From IMG/VR virus record IMGVR_UViG_3300032288_003533, positions 1 through 64,000 of that record: a DNA stretch of 64,000 nt. One strand, 5' to 3'. Source of the DNA: a virus. This document shows positions 17,593 to 26,317 of the stretch, piece after piece (within the stretch, counting starts at the first letter, position 1; every line of letters starts with the position of its first letter). The position numbers and the translations under genes are program-made. Under the pieces are notes generated by a model. That model saw nothing but the letters and a program-made list of their open reading frames with translations. It was not told where the DNA came from and ran no database searches.

Positions 17593-19593
17593 TTAGTTTA
17601 GAATAACATTTTCATCTTTTGCAGTTAATTGGTATTTGCCCCCTTCTTTTACTGCATCATTTAATACTTCATCAGAAATTAAGTCTTCAATTTTGTCTTG
17701 AATTGCTCGTTTAATTGGTCTAGCACCATAAGTTTCATCAAACCCAATTTTTGATATTAAATCAACAACACTATCATCATAAGTGAAACTGTATTTTGAT
17801 TCTTTTAATCTATCAATCAATTTATCAAGTTCAATTCTTGTGATTTTCTTAACATTCTCATCATTTAGTGTATTGAATACAACTGTATCATCAATACGAT
17901 TTAAGAATTCTGGGGAGAAAAACTTTTTAAGTTCAGCCATTAGCATAGATTTTTTTGCTTCTTCATTGCCATATTTTGAACTAGTGAAACTAATACCTGT
18001 GCCAAAGTCAGAGAATTTCTTGATTCCCAAGTTTGATGTTAGAATGATTATGGTATTTTTAAAGTTAATTGTTTTTCCCATAGCATCAGTAAGATGACCA
18101 TCATCCAGAATTTGCAATAATAAATGGAATACATCTTTATGTGCTTTTTCTATTTCATCAAATAAGATAACAGAATATGGGTTGTTTTTAACTTTTTCAG
18201 TTAATTGGCCACCTTCATCATGTGATACATATCCTGGGGGTGAACCAATCAATCTTGATATGGTGTGTTTTTCTTGGTATTCACTCATATCAACACGAAT
18301 TAATGCCTTTTCATTACCAAACAATTGTTTTGCAAGTTGTTTTGCAAGATGTGTTTTTCCAACACCTGTGGATCCCAAACAAATAAAGCTACCAATTGGT
18401 CGGTTGGGGTCTTTTATGTTTAATCTATTTCTCTTAATTGCTTTAACAATTGAATCAACTGCTTGGTCTTGTCCAATAACATTATCTTTAATCTTTTTAT
18501 CAATATTGATAAGTTTTTGCTTTTCATCAAGATTTAACTGTTCAATTGGGATGTTTGTCATAATTGAAACAACAGAATAAACATCTTCTGAATCAATGGT
18601 TCTTTTATTTTTAATATTATCGTCTTCAAACTTTTTTGTTTCAGCCTCAAGTTTGTTCAATAATTTTAATTCCTTATCTCTAATTTCAGCAGCCAATTCA
18701 TATTCTTGATTAATAACAACCCTTGTTTTTTCTTTTTTTAATTCTGCAATTTTTTCTTTTAACTTTTTAATTGATTCTGGAATTTTAACTTCAACTTGTT
18801 GTCTTGCTCCAACTTCATCAATAACATCAAATCCCTTATCTGGGAATGCCCTATCTGTGATATATCTATCAGCCAATCTAACAGATAGTTCAATTATTTC
18901 ATCACTATATATTGACTTATGAAATGATTCATATTTATCAATAGATTGTTTAATAATTTTTATTGTTTCACTAATTGATGGTTGGTCTAATTTAATTTTT
19001 TGAAATCTTCTTGCCAAAGCACCATCTTTTTCAATTGATTTTTTGTATTCATCAAGAGTTGTTGCACCAATACATTGAATATCTCCTGATGCCAATGCTG
19101 GTTTGAATATGTTTGCACCATCCATAGAATTTGAAGAATTACCAGAACCAATTAATGTGTGAATTTCATCAATAAAAACAATCACATTTGGATTTGATGT
19201 TAGTTCATCAATAATAACTTTCATTCTTTCTTCAAACTGACCCCTATATTTGGTTCCAGCAACAACTGATGTTAAATCCAAATTAACAATTCTTTTGTTC
19301 AGTAAATTTTGTGGACCTTCACCCCTTGAAATCATTAAAGCAACTCCTTCAATTAAGTTAGTTTTACCACAACCAGGTTCACCTAGTATTAGGGGGTTAT
19401 TCTTCTTACGCCTTGATAAGATTTGAGCCAATCGCTTAACCTCTTTTTCTCTACCAATTGACATATCTAACTTCCCCATCTCAGCCAATTTAGATAAGTC
19501 TCTACTGAAATTATCTAAAACAGGTGTTTTTGAACCAGTAGTATTTTTCTTACCTCTGGTTGTTTTTTCATCATCAAAGAAATCAACGTTCAT
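17593..19593 (-). CDS. clpC: ClpC-type AAA+ unfoldase lacking the N-terminal domain
   Basis: Two AAA modules (GEPGCGKT/FIDEIH and GSTGVGKT/FDEIEKAH), a short UVR-type M-domain (QEYELAAEIRD) and DFGTGISF at the ClpP-docking loop position. Only 666 aa. Confidence 0.9.
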   Translation of the reverse strand: MNVDFFDDEKTTRGKKNTTGSKTPVLDNFSRDLSKLAEMGKLDMSIGREKEVKRLAQILSRRKKNNPLILGEPGCGKTNLIEGVALMISRGEGPQNLLNKRIVNLDLTSVVAGTKYRGQFEERMKVIIDELTSNPNVIVFIDEIHTLIGSGNSSNSMDGANIFKPALASGDIQCIGATTLDEYKKSIEKDGALARRFQKIKLDQPSISETIKIIKQSIDKYESFHKSIYSDEIIELSVRLADRYITDRAFPDKGFDVIDEVGARQQVEVKIPESIKKLKEKIAELKKEKTRVVINQEYELAAEIRDKELKLLNKLEAETKKFEDDNIKNKRTIDSEDVYSVVSIMTNIPIEQLNLDEKQKLINIDKKIKDNVIGQDQAVDSIVKAIKRNRLNIKDPNRPIGSFICLGSTGVGKTHLAKQLAKQLFGNEKALIRVDMSEYQEKHTISRLIGSPPGYVSHDEGGQLTEKVKNNPYSVILFDEIEKAHKDVFHLLLQILDDGHLTDAMGKTINFKNTIIILTSNLGIKKFSDFGTGISFTSSKYGNEEAKKSMLMAELKKFFSPEFLNRIDDTVVFNTLNDENVKKITRIELDKLIDRLKESKYSFTYDDSVVDLISKIGFDETYGARPIKRAIQDKIEDLISDEVLNDAVKEGGKYQLTAKDENVILN

Positions 19594-19647
19594 ATCTTAT
19601 TGTTTTTTTATAAATATGCTACAAATTTTATACTAATCAAATAGTTT

Positions 19648-19722
19648 TGACAAATTGTCTTATAATTTCATTGTATTATGACAAATTGTCATATTATTAT
19701 ATAGATAACTGCCATTTTGTCA
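19648..19722. promoter_or_regulatory. Three TG(A/C)CA-N3-TGTC(A/T) palindromic boxes with 31 bp spacing
   Basis: TGACAAATTGTCT at 19648, TGACAAATTGTCA at 19679 and TGCCATTTTGTCA at 19710, between divergent clpC and hsp20. Confidence 0.7.
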
Positions 19723-19735
19723 TATAAAAATATAT

Positions 19736-19750
19736 TGGCATTAAATTTGA
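19736..19750 (+). promoter_or_regulatory. Sigma54-like -24/-12 element upstream of hsp20
   Basis: TGGCATTAAATTTGA compared with consensus TGGCAC-N5-TTGC: correct spacing, but GA instead of GC at -12. Confidence 0.45.
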
Positions 19751-19792
19751 CTTTCTCATAAAAAAAATAAACATTTATAAAAAATCAAAATT

Positions 19793-20185
19793 ATGAGAGA
19801 GAGAGATTTAATTAAATTATTCTTTAATGGGTATCCATTTATTACATCATCTTCATCAAGTACAGGTGCTTTTGATAATTATTTAGATAATTATTTAGAA
19901 ACTAACTACACTATTGATGAAACAAAAGATGGTGCTTATGTGTCCTTTGATGTACCTGGTTTCACCAGAGATAATCTTGAAATATCTATAGAAGATAGAG
20001 TGGTCAAAATTAGTGGTGAAAGGGTTGTCAATAAGAAAGGTGAAGTTAAGAGAATACTTCATAAATACAAAATTGATAGCAACTTTAATGAATCAAACAT
20101 TGAAGCAACAGTATCAAATGGTATTTTAACATTATTCTTACCAAATTACATTGCTAAACCTAAAAAAACAATAACAATTAACTAA
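19793..20185 (+). CDS. Small heat shock protein (Hsp20/alpha-crystallin)
   Basis: [17 protein letters not shown]...ISGER...[15 protein letters not shown]. Confidence 0.92.
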   Translation: MRERDLIKLFFNGYPFITSSSSSTGAFDNYLDNYLETNYTIDETKDGAYVSFDVPGFTRDNLEISIEDRVVKISGERVVNKKGEVKRILHKYKIDSNFNESNIEATVSNGILTLFLPNYIAKPKKTITIN

Positions 20186-20616
20186 TGACAAAAGTAAAAA
20201 TTGAAACAGCAAAGGGAGTTATGATTGCTGAGTTATATGATAATGAAACCCCAATTACAGTTGATAACTTTAAGAAATTAATCAGCAAAGGATTTTATGA
20301 TGGATTAAATTTCCATAGAGTTATCCCCAACTTTATGATTCAGGGGGGTTGCCCAAATGGGGTTGGAAATGGTGGTCCGGGGTATACTATTAAATGTGAG
20401 GTTACTGCTGATAAGCAATACCATGATAGAGGTGTATTGAGTATGGCACATGCTGGCAGAGATACTGGTGGATCACAATTCTTCATATGCCATAATAGGC
20501 AAGGTGTTGCTCATTTGGATGGAAATCATACATGTTTTGGTAAAGTTGTTGATGGCTTGGATGTCATTGATTCAATTAGCCAGGGTGATTTAATAAATAA
20601 AATAACAATAATTTAA
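20185..20616 (+). CDS. Cyclophilin-type peptidyl-prolyl isomerase
   Basis: [36 protein letters not shown] and [10 protein letters not shown]. Confidence 0.95.
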   Translation: MTKVKIETAKGVMIAELYDNETPITVDNFKKLISKGFYDGLNFHRVIPNFMIQGGCPNGVGNGGPGYTIKCEVTADKQYHDRGVLSMAHAGRDTGGSQFFICHNRQGVAHLDGNHTCFGKVVDGLDVIDSISQGDLINKITII

Positions 20617-20620
20617 AAAA

Positions 20621-21082
20621 ATGAAAAATTTTCTATTATTTTTGGGTTTAATATCCATTTTTTCTTGTGAAAAAGAATTTGCACAAATAAAAGATGTTGT
20701 AAATGAAAAGAAAATAAATACAGTTGTATTAACAATTGATTCTACAACAAAGTACAAAAGTGATTATGACTGGTTTTCTGTTGCATCAAATAGAGAGTAC
20801 AATATGTCAACTGAATTTTTCTTTGCTGATTCTTTGGGGAAGATGGAGAATTTAACATCAATTATAAAAGAAAATCATACTGTAAAATATGAAGTTGATA
20901 GTGTTTTGGGATTTAAAATAAATATTTTGGATAAAACATCAAATGGTCAACCATTGGGTTTATTAACAAATTTTAAAACATCAAAAGCTAATATGGGTAA
21001 TTTAAAAATAACCATATTTAATACACAAAGTTGTACTAATGTATTTGAATACACTTTTCCAACAATTGTGGCAACTCCTTAA
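20621..21082 (+). CDS. Putative lipoprotein
   Basis: MKNFLLFLGLISIFSC lipobox followed by EKE. Confidence 0.75.
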   Translation: MKNFLLFLGLISIFSCEKEFAQIKDVVNEKKINTVVLTIDSTTKYKSDYDWFSVASNREYNMSTEFFFADSLGKMENLTSIIKENHTVKYEVDSVLGFKINILDKTSNGQPLGLLTNFKTSKANMGNLKITIFNTQSCTNVFEYTFPTIVATP

Positions 21083-21110
21083 TATTATTTAAGTGTATTT
21101 TTCCATTACA

Positions 21111-21141
21111 CCCCCTTGCTTAATTGTTTGGGGGTTTTTTT
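21111..21141 (+). terminator. Intrinsic terminator
   Basis: accccc...ggggg stem followed by a T-run. Confidence 0.65.
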
Positions 21142-21174
21142 ATTTTGATATATTTATATATAAAATATCAAATC

Positions 21175-21417
21175 ATGGGAATCACAAAAGAAATCATAAG
21201 TGGAACTAAAATCATTAATGAAATTAAATCTAGTAATATTAAGAAAAGTGAATATGACTTAAACACAAAAAAATTATTGATTACATTCAATAATGATATT
21301 ATGTATGAGTATGATGATGTTCCGCATAAATTATATACTCAATTTAGATTGTCAGAATCGCAGGGTAAATTTTTTAGCGCAAATATTGCTAAAAATTTTA
21401 AATATGTTAAAAAATGA
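21175..21417 (+). CDS. KTSC domain protein
   Basis: SSNIKKSEYD...LLITFNN...YEYDDVP...F..SESQGKFF...I. Start reassigned to ATG 21175. Confidence 0.85.
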   Translation: MGITKEIISGTKIINEIKSSNIKKSEYDLNTKKLLITFNNDIMYEYDDVPHKLYTQFRLSESQGKFFSANIAKNFKYVKK

Positions 21418-22157
21418 AAGATAATATAATTCAAAGTTTTGTTGTTAAAGATACATTAAATCCAAAAGTCTGGGATAGCCCAAATGATATAAAGAAAGCA
21501 AAAATTAAATCTGAAATTAAAAAGGGTTTATTGGATATTGCAAAAGAATTTATTGAATTTCTGGATGAAGAAGTCTTTATTGAGGACATTATATTAACTG
21601 GTTCATTATCAAATTATAATTGGTCAGAATATTCTGATTTTGATTTGCATATTGTTATTGATTTGGATCAATTTGATGATGAGGGTGAAATATATTTAAA
21701 ATTATTTTCAGCAAAGAAATTAATATTTAATGAAAAGCATAATTTAACCATAAAAGGTTATGATGTTGAAGTTTATCCACAAGATTCAAAAGATATACAT
21801 TCAGGTGAAGGTCAATATTCATTAATGAATAGTGAATGGGTTGTTATCCCCAAAAAAGAAAAACCACCAGTTAATAAAGCAAAATTAAAGTTAAAAATTG
21901 ACCATTGGGTTGAGGTTGTTAAAAAAACCTTAATAGATGCAGATAAGTCTTCATTAAAAGTTGCAAAAAGTAATATAAAAAAATTAACAGATAAGTTAAG
22001 GAAGTTTAGGAAAGGTGGATTGGAAAAGGGAGGTGAATTTTCAAATGAAAATTTGGTATATAAGTATTTAAGAAGATCAGGATTGTTGGATAAAATATTT
22101 AATTATCAATACAAGAAGAGAACCAAAGAATTATCTATTGAGAATGAAATTTATTAA
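21414..22157 (+). CDS. Pol-beta superfamily nucleotidyltransferase
   Basis: ILTGSLSNYNW..YSDFDLHI (GS...DxD) and DVEVY motifs. Confidence 0.8.
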   Translation: MKDNIIQSFVVKDTLNPKVWDSPNDIKKAKIKSEIKKGLLDIAKEFIEFLDEEVFIEDIILTGSLSNYNWSEYSDFDLHIVIDLDQFDDEGEIYLKLFSAKKLIFNEKHNLTIKGYDVEVYPQDSKDIHSGEGQYSLMNSEWVVIPKKEKPPVNKAKLKLKIDHWVEVVKKTLIDADKSSLKVAKSNIKKLTDKLRKFRKGGLEKGGEFSNENLVYKYLRRSGLLDKIFNYQYKKRTKELSIENEIY

Positions 22158-22221
22158 ATTTTATTTTTACTATACTAATATTTAATATATTTGATATATT
22201 TATATATAAAAATAAAATAAA

Positions 22222-22416
22222 ATGGCTATAATAAGTGCTAATACTTTTTATGAATATACCAAGGGTATGTTGGGGTTTTTTAGTGGTGACCCTATAACTG
22301 GTACAACCCAAGCACCACACCCACAAACAACTATTGTTAATACAACTGGTGGTACTGATACTGTTATTGAATTATCTGCCATAAAACTAGGTGGAATTAA
22401 TGGTTTAAATAATTAA
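22222..22416 (+). CDS. Small hypothetical (possibly virion) protein
   Basis: 64 aa Thr/Gly-rich ORF with a TATTTATA motif upstream. Confidence 0.65.
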   Translation: MAIISANTFYEYTKGMLGFFSGDPITGTTQAPHPQTTIVNTTGGTDTVIELSAIKLGGINGLNN

Positions 22417-22429
22417 AAAATATAAAAAA

Positions 22430-23722
22430 ATGAGTAAATTAAAACCAATTGGTAGTGAAAAACTACAAGGAAGTGCAAAACTAAATAGAATGTTAGAAAT
22501 TGCTATGTATAAAGAAGTTGATAAACAAAATATCAATGAAAGTAGCACAAAAGAGTATGATATACTATTACCAGATGGTAATAAATATGCAATTGTAAAA
22601 GAAAAGGTTGGGTATATAATAAAAAGAGGTTTAAATGAATCATCATTGGATTATATTGAGCCAATGAAAAATAGAACATATTACAGATCATATTCTCAAG
22701 CATTAAAAAAATTGAATTTAATTACCAAAGAATTAAATGAAATTTATGACAACCCAAATGGTGTTTCATTATTTGGTGAACAAACAAAATATACATTAAA
22801 AACCCCAAAGCCTAAACCGGCTGCTGATGATATGGGTGACACACCACCACCACCTCCAGCAGAACCCCCAGCAGTTCCAGACCCACAATTACCACCATCC
22901 CCATTGGAAGGTGGAGGTGATATGGGTATGCCACCACCAGAAGGGGGTGAAATGCCTGATATGGGTGGTGAAGATATGGGTGAAACGCCTAATATGGGTG
23001 ATGATATGGGTGATGATATGGGTGATGATATGGGTGATGATATGGGAGGTAAAGGTAAAAATGATGCTGAGCAAATTACATTTAAAACAATACAAAAATT
23101 AACAGGTAGATTAACACAAAAAATAAGAACTCTTGAAAATGAAGAAGGTTTAACATCTGAAGAAATTAAGTATGTTCTTAATATGGTTATTTCTTCCTTA
23201 AACATTGAGACTCTTGATGAGGAGGATCTTGACAATGTTATGTCAAAATTTGAAGGGGGTGAAGATATGGATAATATGGGTGCTGATGATATGGGTGAAA
23301 TGCCACCTATGGATGATGAAATGCCTCCTATGGATGATATGGGTGAAATGCCTCCTATGGGTGATGAGATGCCAGATATGGGTGAAATGCCACCACCAGT
23401 AGAAGGTGGGGATGAAAGTTATGCACCAAAAAAGAGATATTCAGAATCCAAAGTGGATAATATTTTATCAAAATATTTTGAATTAAGTCCAGAAGAAAAA
23501 ATATTAGCAGAACAAAAAAAGAACCAAAATGCAAAATTCTTAAAAGAGAATTTAAAATCAATAAATGTTTTATCTGAAACCAAAAATCAATATTTGGCTG
23601 CTGAAAGTTTTTTAAATAAATATAAAAGATTTAAAGTTATGGGCAAAACCAATTTGGGGAATATTATATTGAAATTAAATGAAAGAACAGTTAAAATAAA
23701 TAAAAGAGGAGATATCATATAA
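22430..23722 (+). CDS. Hypothetical protein with Pro/Met/Asp/Gly low-complexity tracts
   Basis: 430 aa with DMGD and MPPMD repeats (12 bp gatatgggtgat units). Confidence 0.75.
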   Translation: MSKLKPIGSEKLQGSAKLNRMLEIAMYKEVDKQNINESSTKEYDILLPDGNKYAIVKEKVGYIIKRGLNESSLDYIEPMKNRTYYRSYSQALKKLNLITKELNEIYDNPNGVSLFGEQTKYTLKTPKPKPAADDMGDTPPPPPAEPPAVPDPQLPPSPLEGGGDMGMPPPEGGEMPDMGGEDMGETPNMGDDMGDDMGDDMGDDMGGKGKNDAEQITFKTIQKLTGRLTQKIRTLENEEGLTSEEIKYVLNMVISSLNIETLDEEDLDNVMSKFEGGEDMDNMGADDMGEMPPMDDEMPPMDDMGEMPPMGDEMPDMGEMPPPVEGGDESYAPKKRYSESKVDNILSKYFELSPEEKILAEQKKNQNAKFLKENLKSINVLSETKNQYLAAESFLNKYKRFKVMGKTNLGNIILKLNERTVKINKRGDII

Positions 23723-24114
23723 TGAATAGATTAGTTTTCATAAACTCATTAGGTGTTAATTATAAAGGTGATTTTATATATGAATTTATATTTTCATCTT
23801 CTGATTCAGTTTGGGGTGAAAATTGGGAAGCCAAACCATCAAATGGATATCCAAAACCACCAGAATTAAAATATATTACAAAAGTTGGACAATTAACAAC
23901 AGAAGATGTGTCATTATATTTAATACAAAATTCAGATTATTTTTCAATGATTGATTCTGTTGATGGCGTTATTGCACTAGGTTGGGAAATAAATGAAGAT
24001 GTTAAAAATAGATTGGTTTTCAAGTTTGGTGAAACTGAACAAGAAATAAAAAATAAACTATATGAAAGAGATTTAGTATTAGAATTTGAAAAAACAATGG
24101 TATATGAAAATTAA
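23722..24114 (+). CDS. Hypothetical protein
   Basis: 130 aa ORF with TAATG coupling to the upstream gene. Confidence 0.7.
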   Translation: MNRLVFINSLGVNYKGDFIYEFIFSSSDSVWGENWEAKPSNGYPKPPELKYITKVGQLTTEDVSLYLIQNSDYFSMIDSVDGVIALGWEINEDVKNRLVFKFGETEQEIKNKLYERDLVLEFEKTMVYEN

Positions 24115-24883
24115 TGAAAAAGTTATATCCCTTTTAGAGGGGGGGTTTTCAATGCAGACATTAAGAAATATGTCTGACAGTAATATAAATTATTTATATT
24201 CAAAATTAGTGAAAGAACAAACTACACCAATGAAGGGTAGTTTTATAACTAAAAATGAACTAAAGGCAAAGCAATTAGTTGGTCAAGGTTATAATGTTAG
24301 ACTTGAGAAAAAAGAAATGGGGGAGGCAAAGAAGAAGTCACAACCAAAAAATCCTTGGGCAATTTGTACAGCACAATTAAAAAAAGAATTTGGCACATCT
24401 GAAAGAAGTGAGTGGACAAAACCACAACTTAAAAAATATGAAAGATGTGTTATGGATGTTAAAAAAGGTGTTAAAGAGGGGTTAAATCCAATTGATGTTT
24501 TTATTGAAAATGAAATGGATAGAATGATTGAATCTTATGTTCAACCTAAAATAACAAAGAGTGAATTATTATTACATTTAAGAGAACAAGATGCACCAAC
24601 AACAAAACCAGTTGTGAAGCCAGCAAAACCAACTACAAAACCAACAAGAAGGGATAATCCATTTATTAACCCAAATCCAAAAGTTAATCCAGCACCAAAA
24701 GCAAATACTGAAACAAAACCAGTTGTGAAGCCAGCAAAACCAACTACAAAACCAACAAGAAGGGATAATCCATTTATTAACCCAAATCCAAAAGTTAATC
24801 CAACACCAAAAGCAATCTCACCTGAAAAAGCAAAAAATGCTATCATAGATAATATTATGGACTTAATAAATTTTGAAAAATAA
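24104..24883 (+). CDS. Hypothetical protein with 37 aa (111 bp) internal duplication
   Basis: Start reassigned to ATG 24104. Contains an NPWAICT motif and TKPVVKPAKPTTKPTRRDNPFINPNPKVNP twice (24602 and 24713). Confidence 0.7.
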   Translation: MKINEKVISLLEGGFSMQTLRNMSDSNINYLYSKLVKEQTTPMKGSFITKNELKAKQLVGQGYNVRLEKKEMGEAKKKSQPKNPWAICTAQLKKEFGTSERSEWTKPQLKKYERCVMDVKKGVKEGLNPIDVFIENEMDRMIESYVQPKITKSELLLHLREQDAPTTKPVVKPAKPTTKPTRRDNPFINPNPKVNPAPKANTETKPVVKPAKPTTKPTRRDNPFINPNPKVNPTPKAISPEKAKNAIIDNIMDLINFEK

Positions 24884-26232
24884 TGAAGGATATAGACAAA
24901 TTAATAAAAAGAAAATTAAAGGAGCAATTAAATTATAGTGGCTCTGAAAGGATGGATCCAAGACTTGAAAAGAAGTTGGCAGACCCTAATAGTATGTTTG
25001 CTAGAAATCCTGCTTTTAAGAGGGGTGCTGCTGATGTTCAAAAATTATATAGTGATTCATTTAATGATTTGGTTGAAAAGGTTAGAAATATGACTGGCAA
25101 GGATGATTTAACCCCAAATGAATTAGCTAGTGTAATATCAAGCACTATGATGCGAAATGTTCAAGCAATTCAACAGATTGAGCAATCAAATAGTAGTGAA
25201 TTGGTAGAAATAGCAGTAGAAGAAACATTAAATGAGATGGAAGTTTCAGATGAAACATTTACTATTAATGCAACATTAGGTATGCCAGGTAGTGATGTAG
25301 TGGGTAAAATGAAAAAAGATAAAGAGGAAATAGAAGATGAATTAACTTTTGAAGAACAAGAGGTTTTAGATGATGAAGTTTTTAAAAGAGATATTATCAA
25401 CGCTTTAATTGGTGGGGTTGCAAAAAAAGTACAATACATTTATGAAAAACCAGAAGTTAAAGCAAGATTGGATGAAATTAATCCAAGATTATTTCAATTA
25501 TATAAATCAACATTACCATTAATTGACCTTTATTTTTATTATTTAAATGAAAGTTTTATGGATGCTGCTAGTAGTGGTGGTGGAGTTGCTGGTGCTGTTG
25601 AAGTTGAAGATGAAGAAGATGAAGAAACAAATGAATTAAAAACTGTTATAAATGCTGCTGGGTTTATATTTCCAGTTCTATGTCATGAGATAGGTAAGGG
25701 CATTCAAGAAGCATTAGCAAGACAAGGTTACCCATCTGACACCAATATGGCTAATATGACATTAGGTCAAGCAGATACATTAAAAGCAGAAACAGAGGGT
25801 TTAAGAATTGGCCCAGCCATCTTAAAGAAGATAAGGAATATTTTACCAATGGATGTTTTAGATAAATCAGATATTGGGTTAATAAATTTCTTTTTTGTTG
25901 AATTATATAAAATACCAGCAAAAGAATTTCTTGATTTAATGAAATATGTTATATCAAATGATTCTAGTGATAATTCATATGCTAAAAATGAATTTAAAAA
26001 CTTAGTTGCTGCTGCAAGAGAAAGTAAGCAAAGATATATTGATTATTTAATGAGTCAATATGAAGAAGAATTTGATGATGGTGGATTAGGTGACCAAGAT
26101 GATGATACAAACACCCCAGATAATACATATTCTGGTGGTAAACAAGTTAAGAATTTTGACCCAAATGATTATGTTGATGTTAGTTTATCACAATTATTGA
26201 AAAATCTGAAAGATGCAAATATGTTAAATTAA
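24883..26232 (+). CDS. Hypothetical protein upstream of terminase
   Basis: 449 aa with a leader ending LKEQ and an LCHEIGKG motif. Confidence 0.75.
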   Translation: MKDIDKLIKRKLKEQLNYSGSERMDPRLEKKLADPNSMFARNPAFKRGAADVQKLYSDSFNDLVEKVRNMTGKDDLTPNELASVISSTMMRNVQAIQQIEQSNSSELVEIAVEETLNEMEVSDETFTINATLGMPGSDVVGKMKKDKEEIEDELTFEEQEVLDDEVFKRDIINALIGGVAKKVQYIYEKPEVKARLDEINPRLFQLYKSTLPLIDLYFYYLNESFMDAASSGGGVAGAVEVEDEEDEETNELKTVINAAGFIFPVLCHEIGKGIQEALARQGYPSDTNMANMTLGQADTLKAETEGLRIGPAILKKIRNILPMDVLDKSDIGLINFFFVELYKIPAKEFLDLMKYVISNDSSDNSYAKNEFKNLVAAARESKQRYIDYLMSQYEEEFDDGGLGDQDDDTNTPDNTYSGGKQVKNFDPNDYVDVSLSQLLKNLKDANMLN

Positions 26233-26252
26233 TTTTTATTTTTCATAGAATT

Positions 26253-26287
26253 AACCCCCATTCTTAATTAGTTTGGGGGTTTTTTTA
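26253..26287 (+). terminator. Intrinsic terminator
   Basis: aaccccca...tgggggtt stem followed by a T-run. Confidence 0.7.
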
Positions 26288-26317
26288 TTTTGTATGTATT
26301 TATAGAAAAAACAAAAT

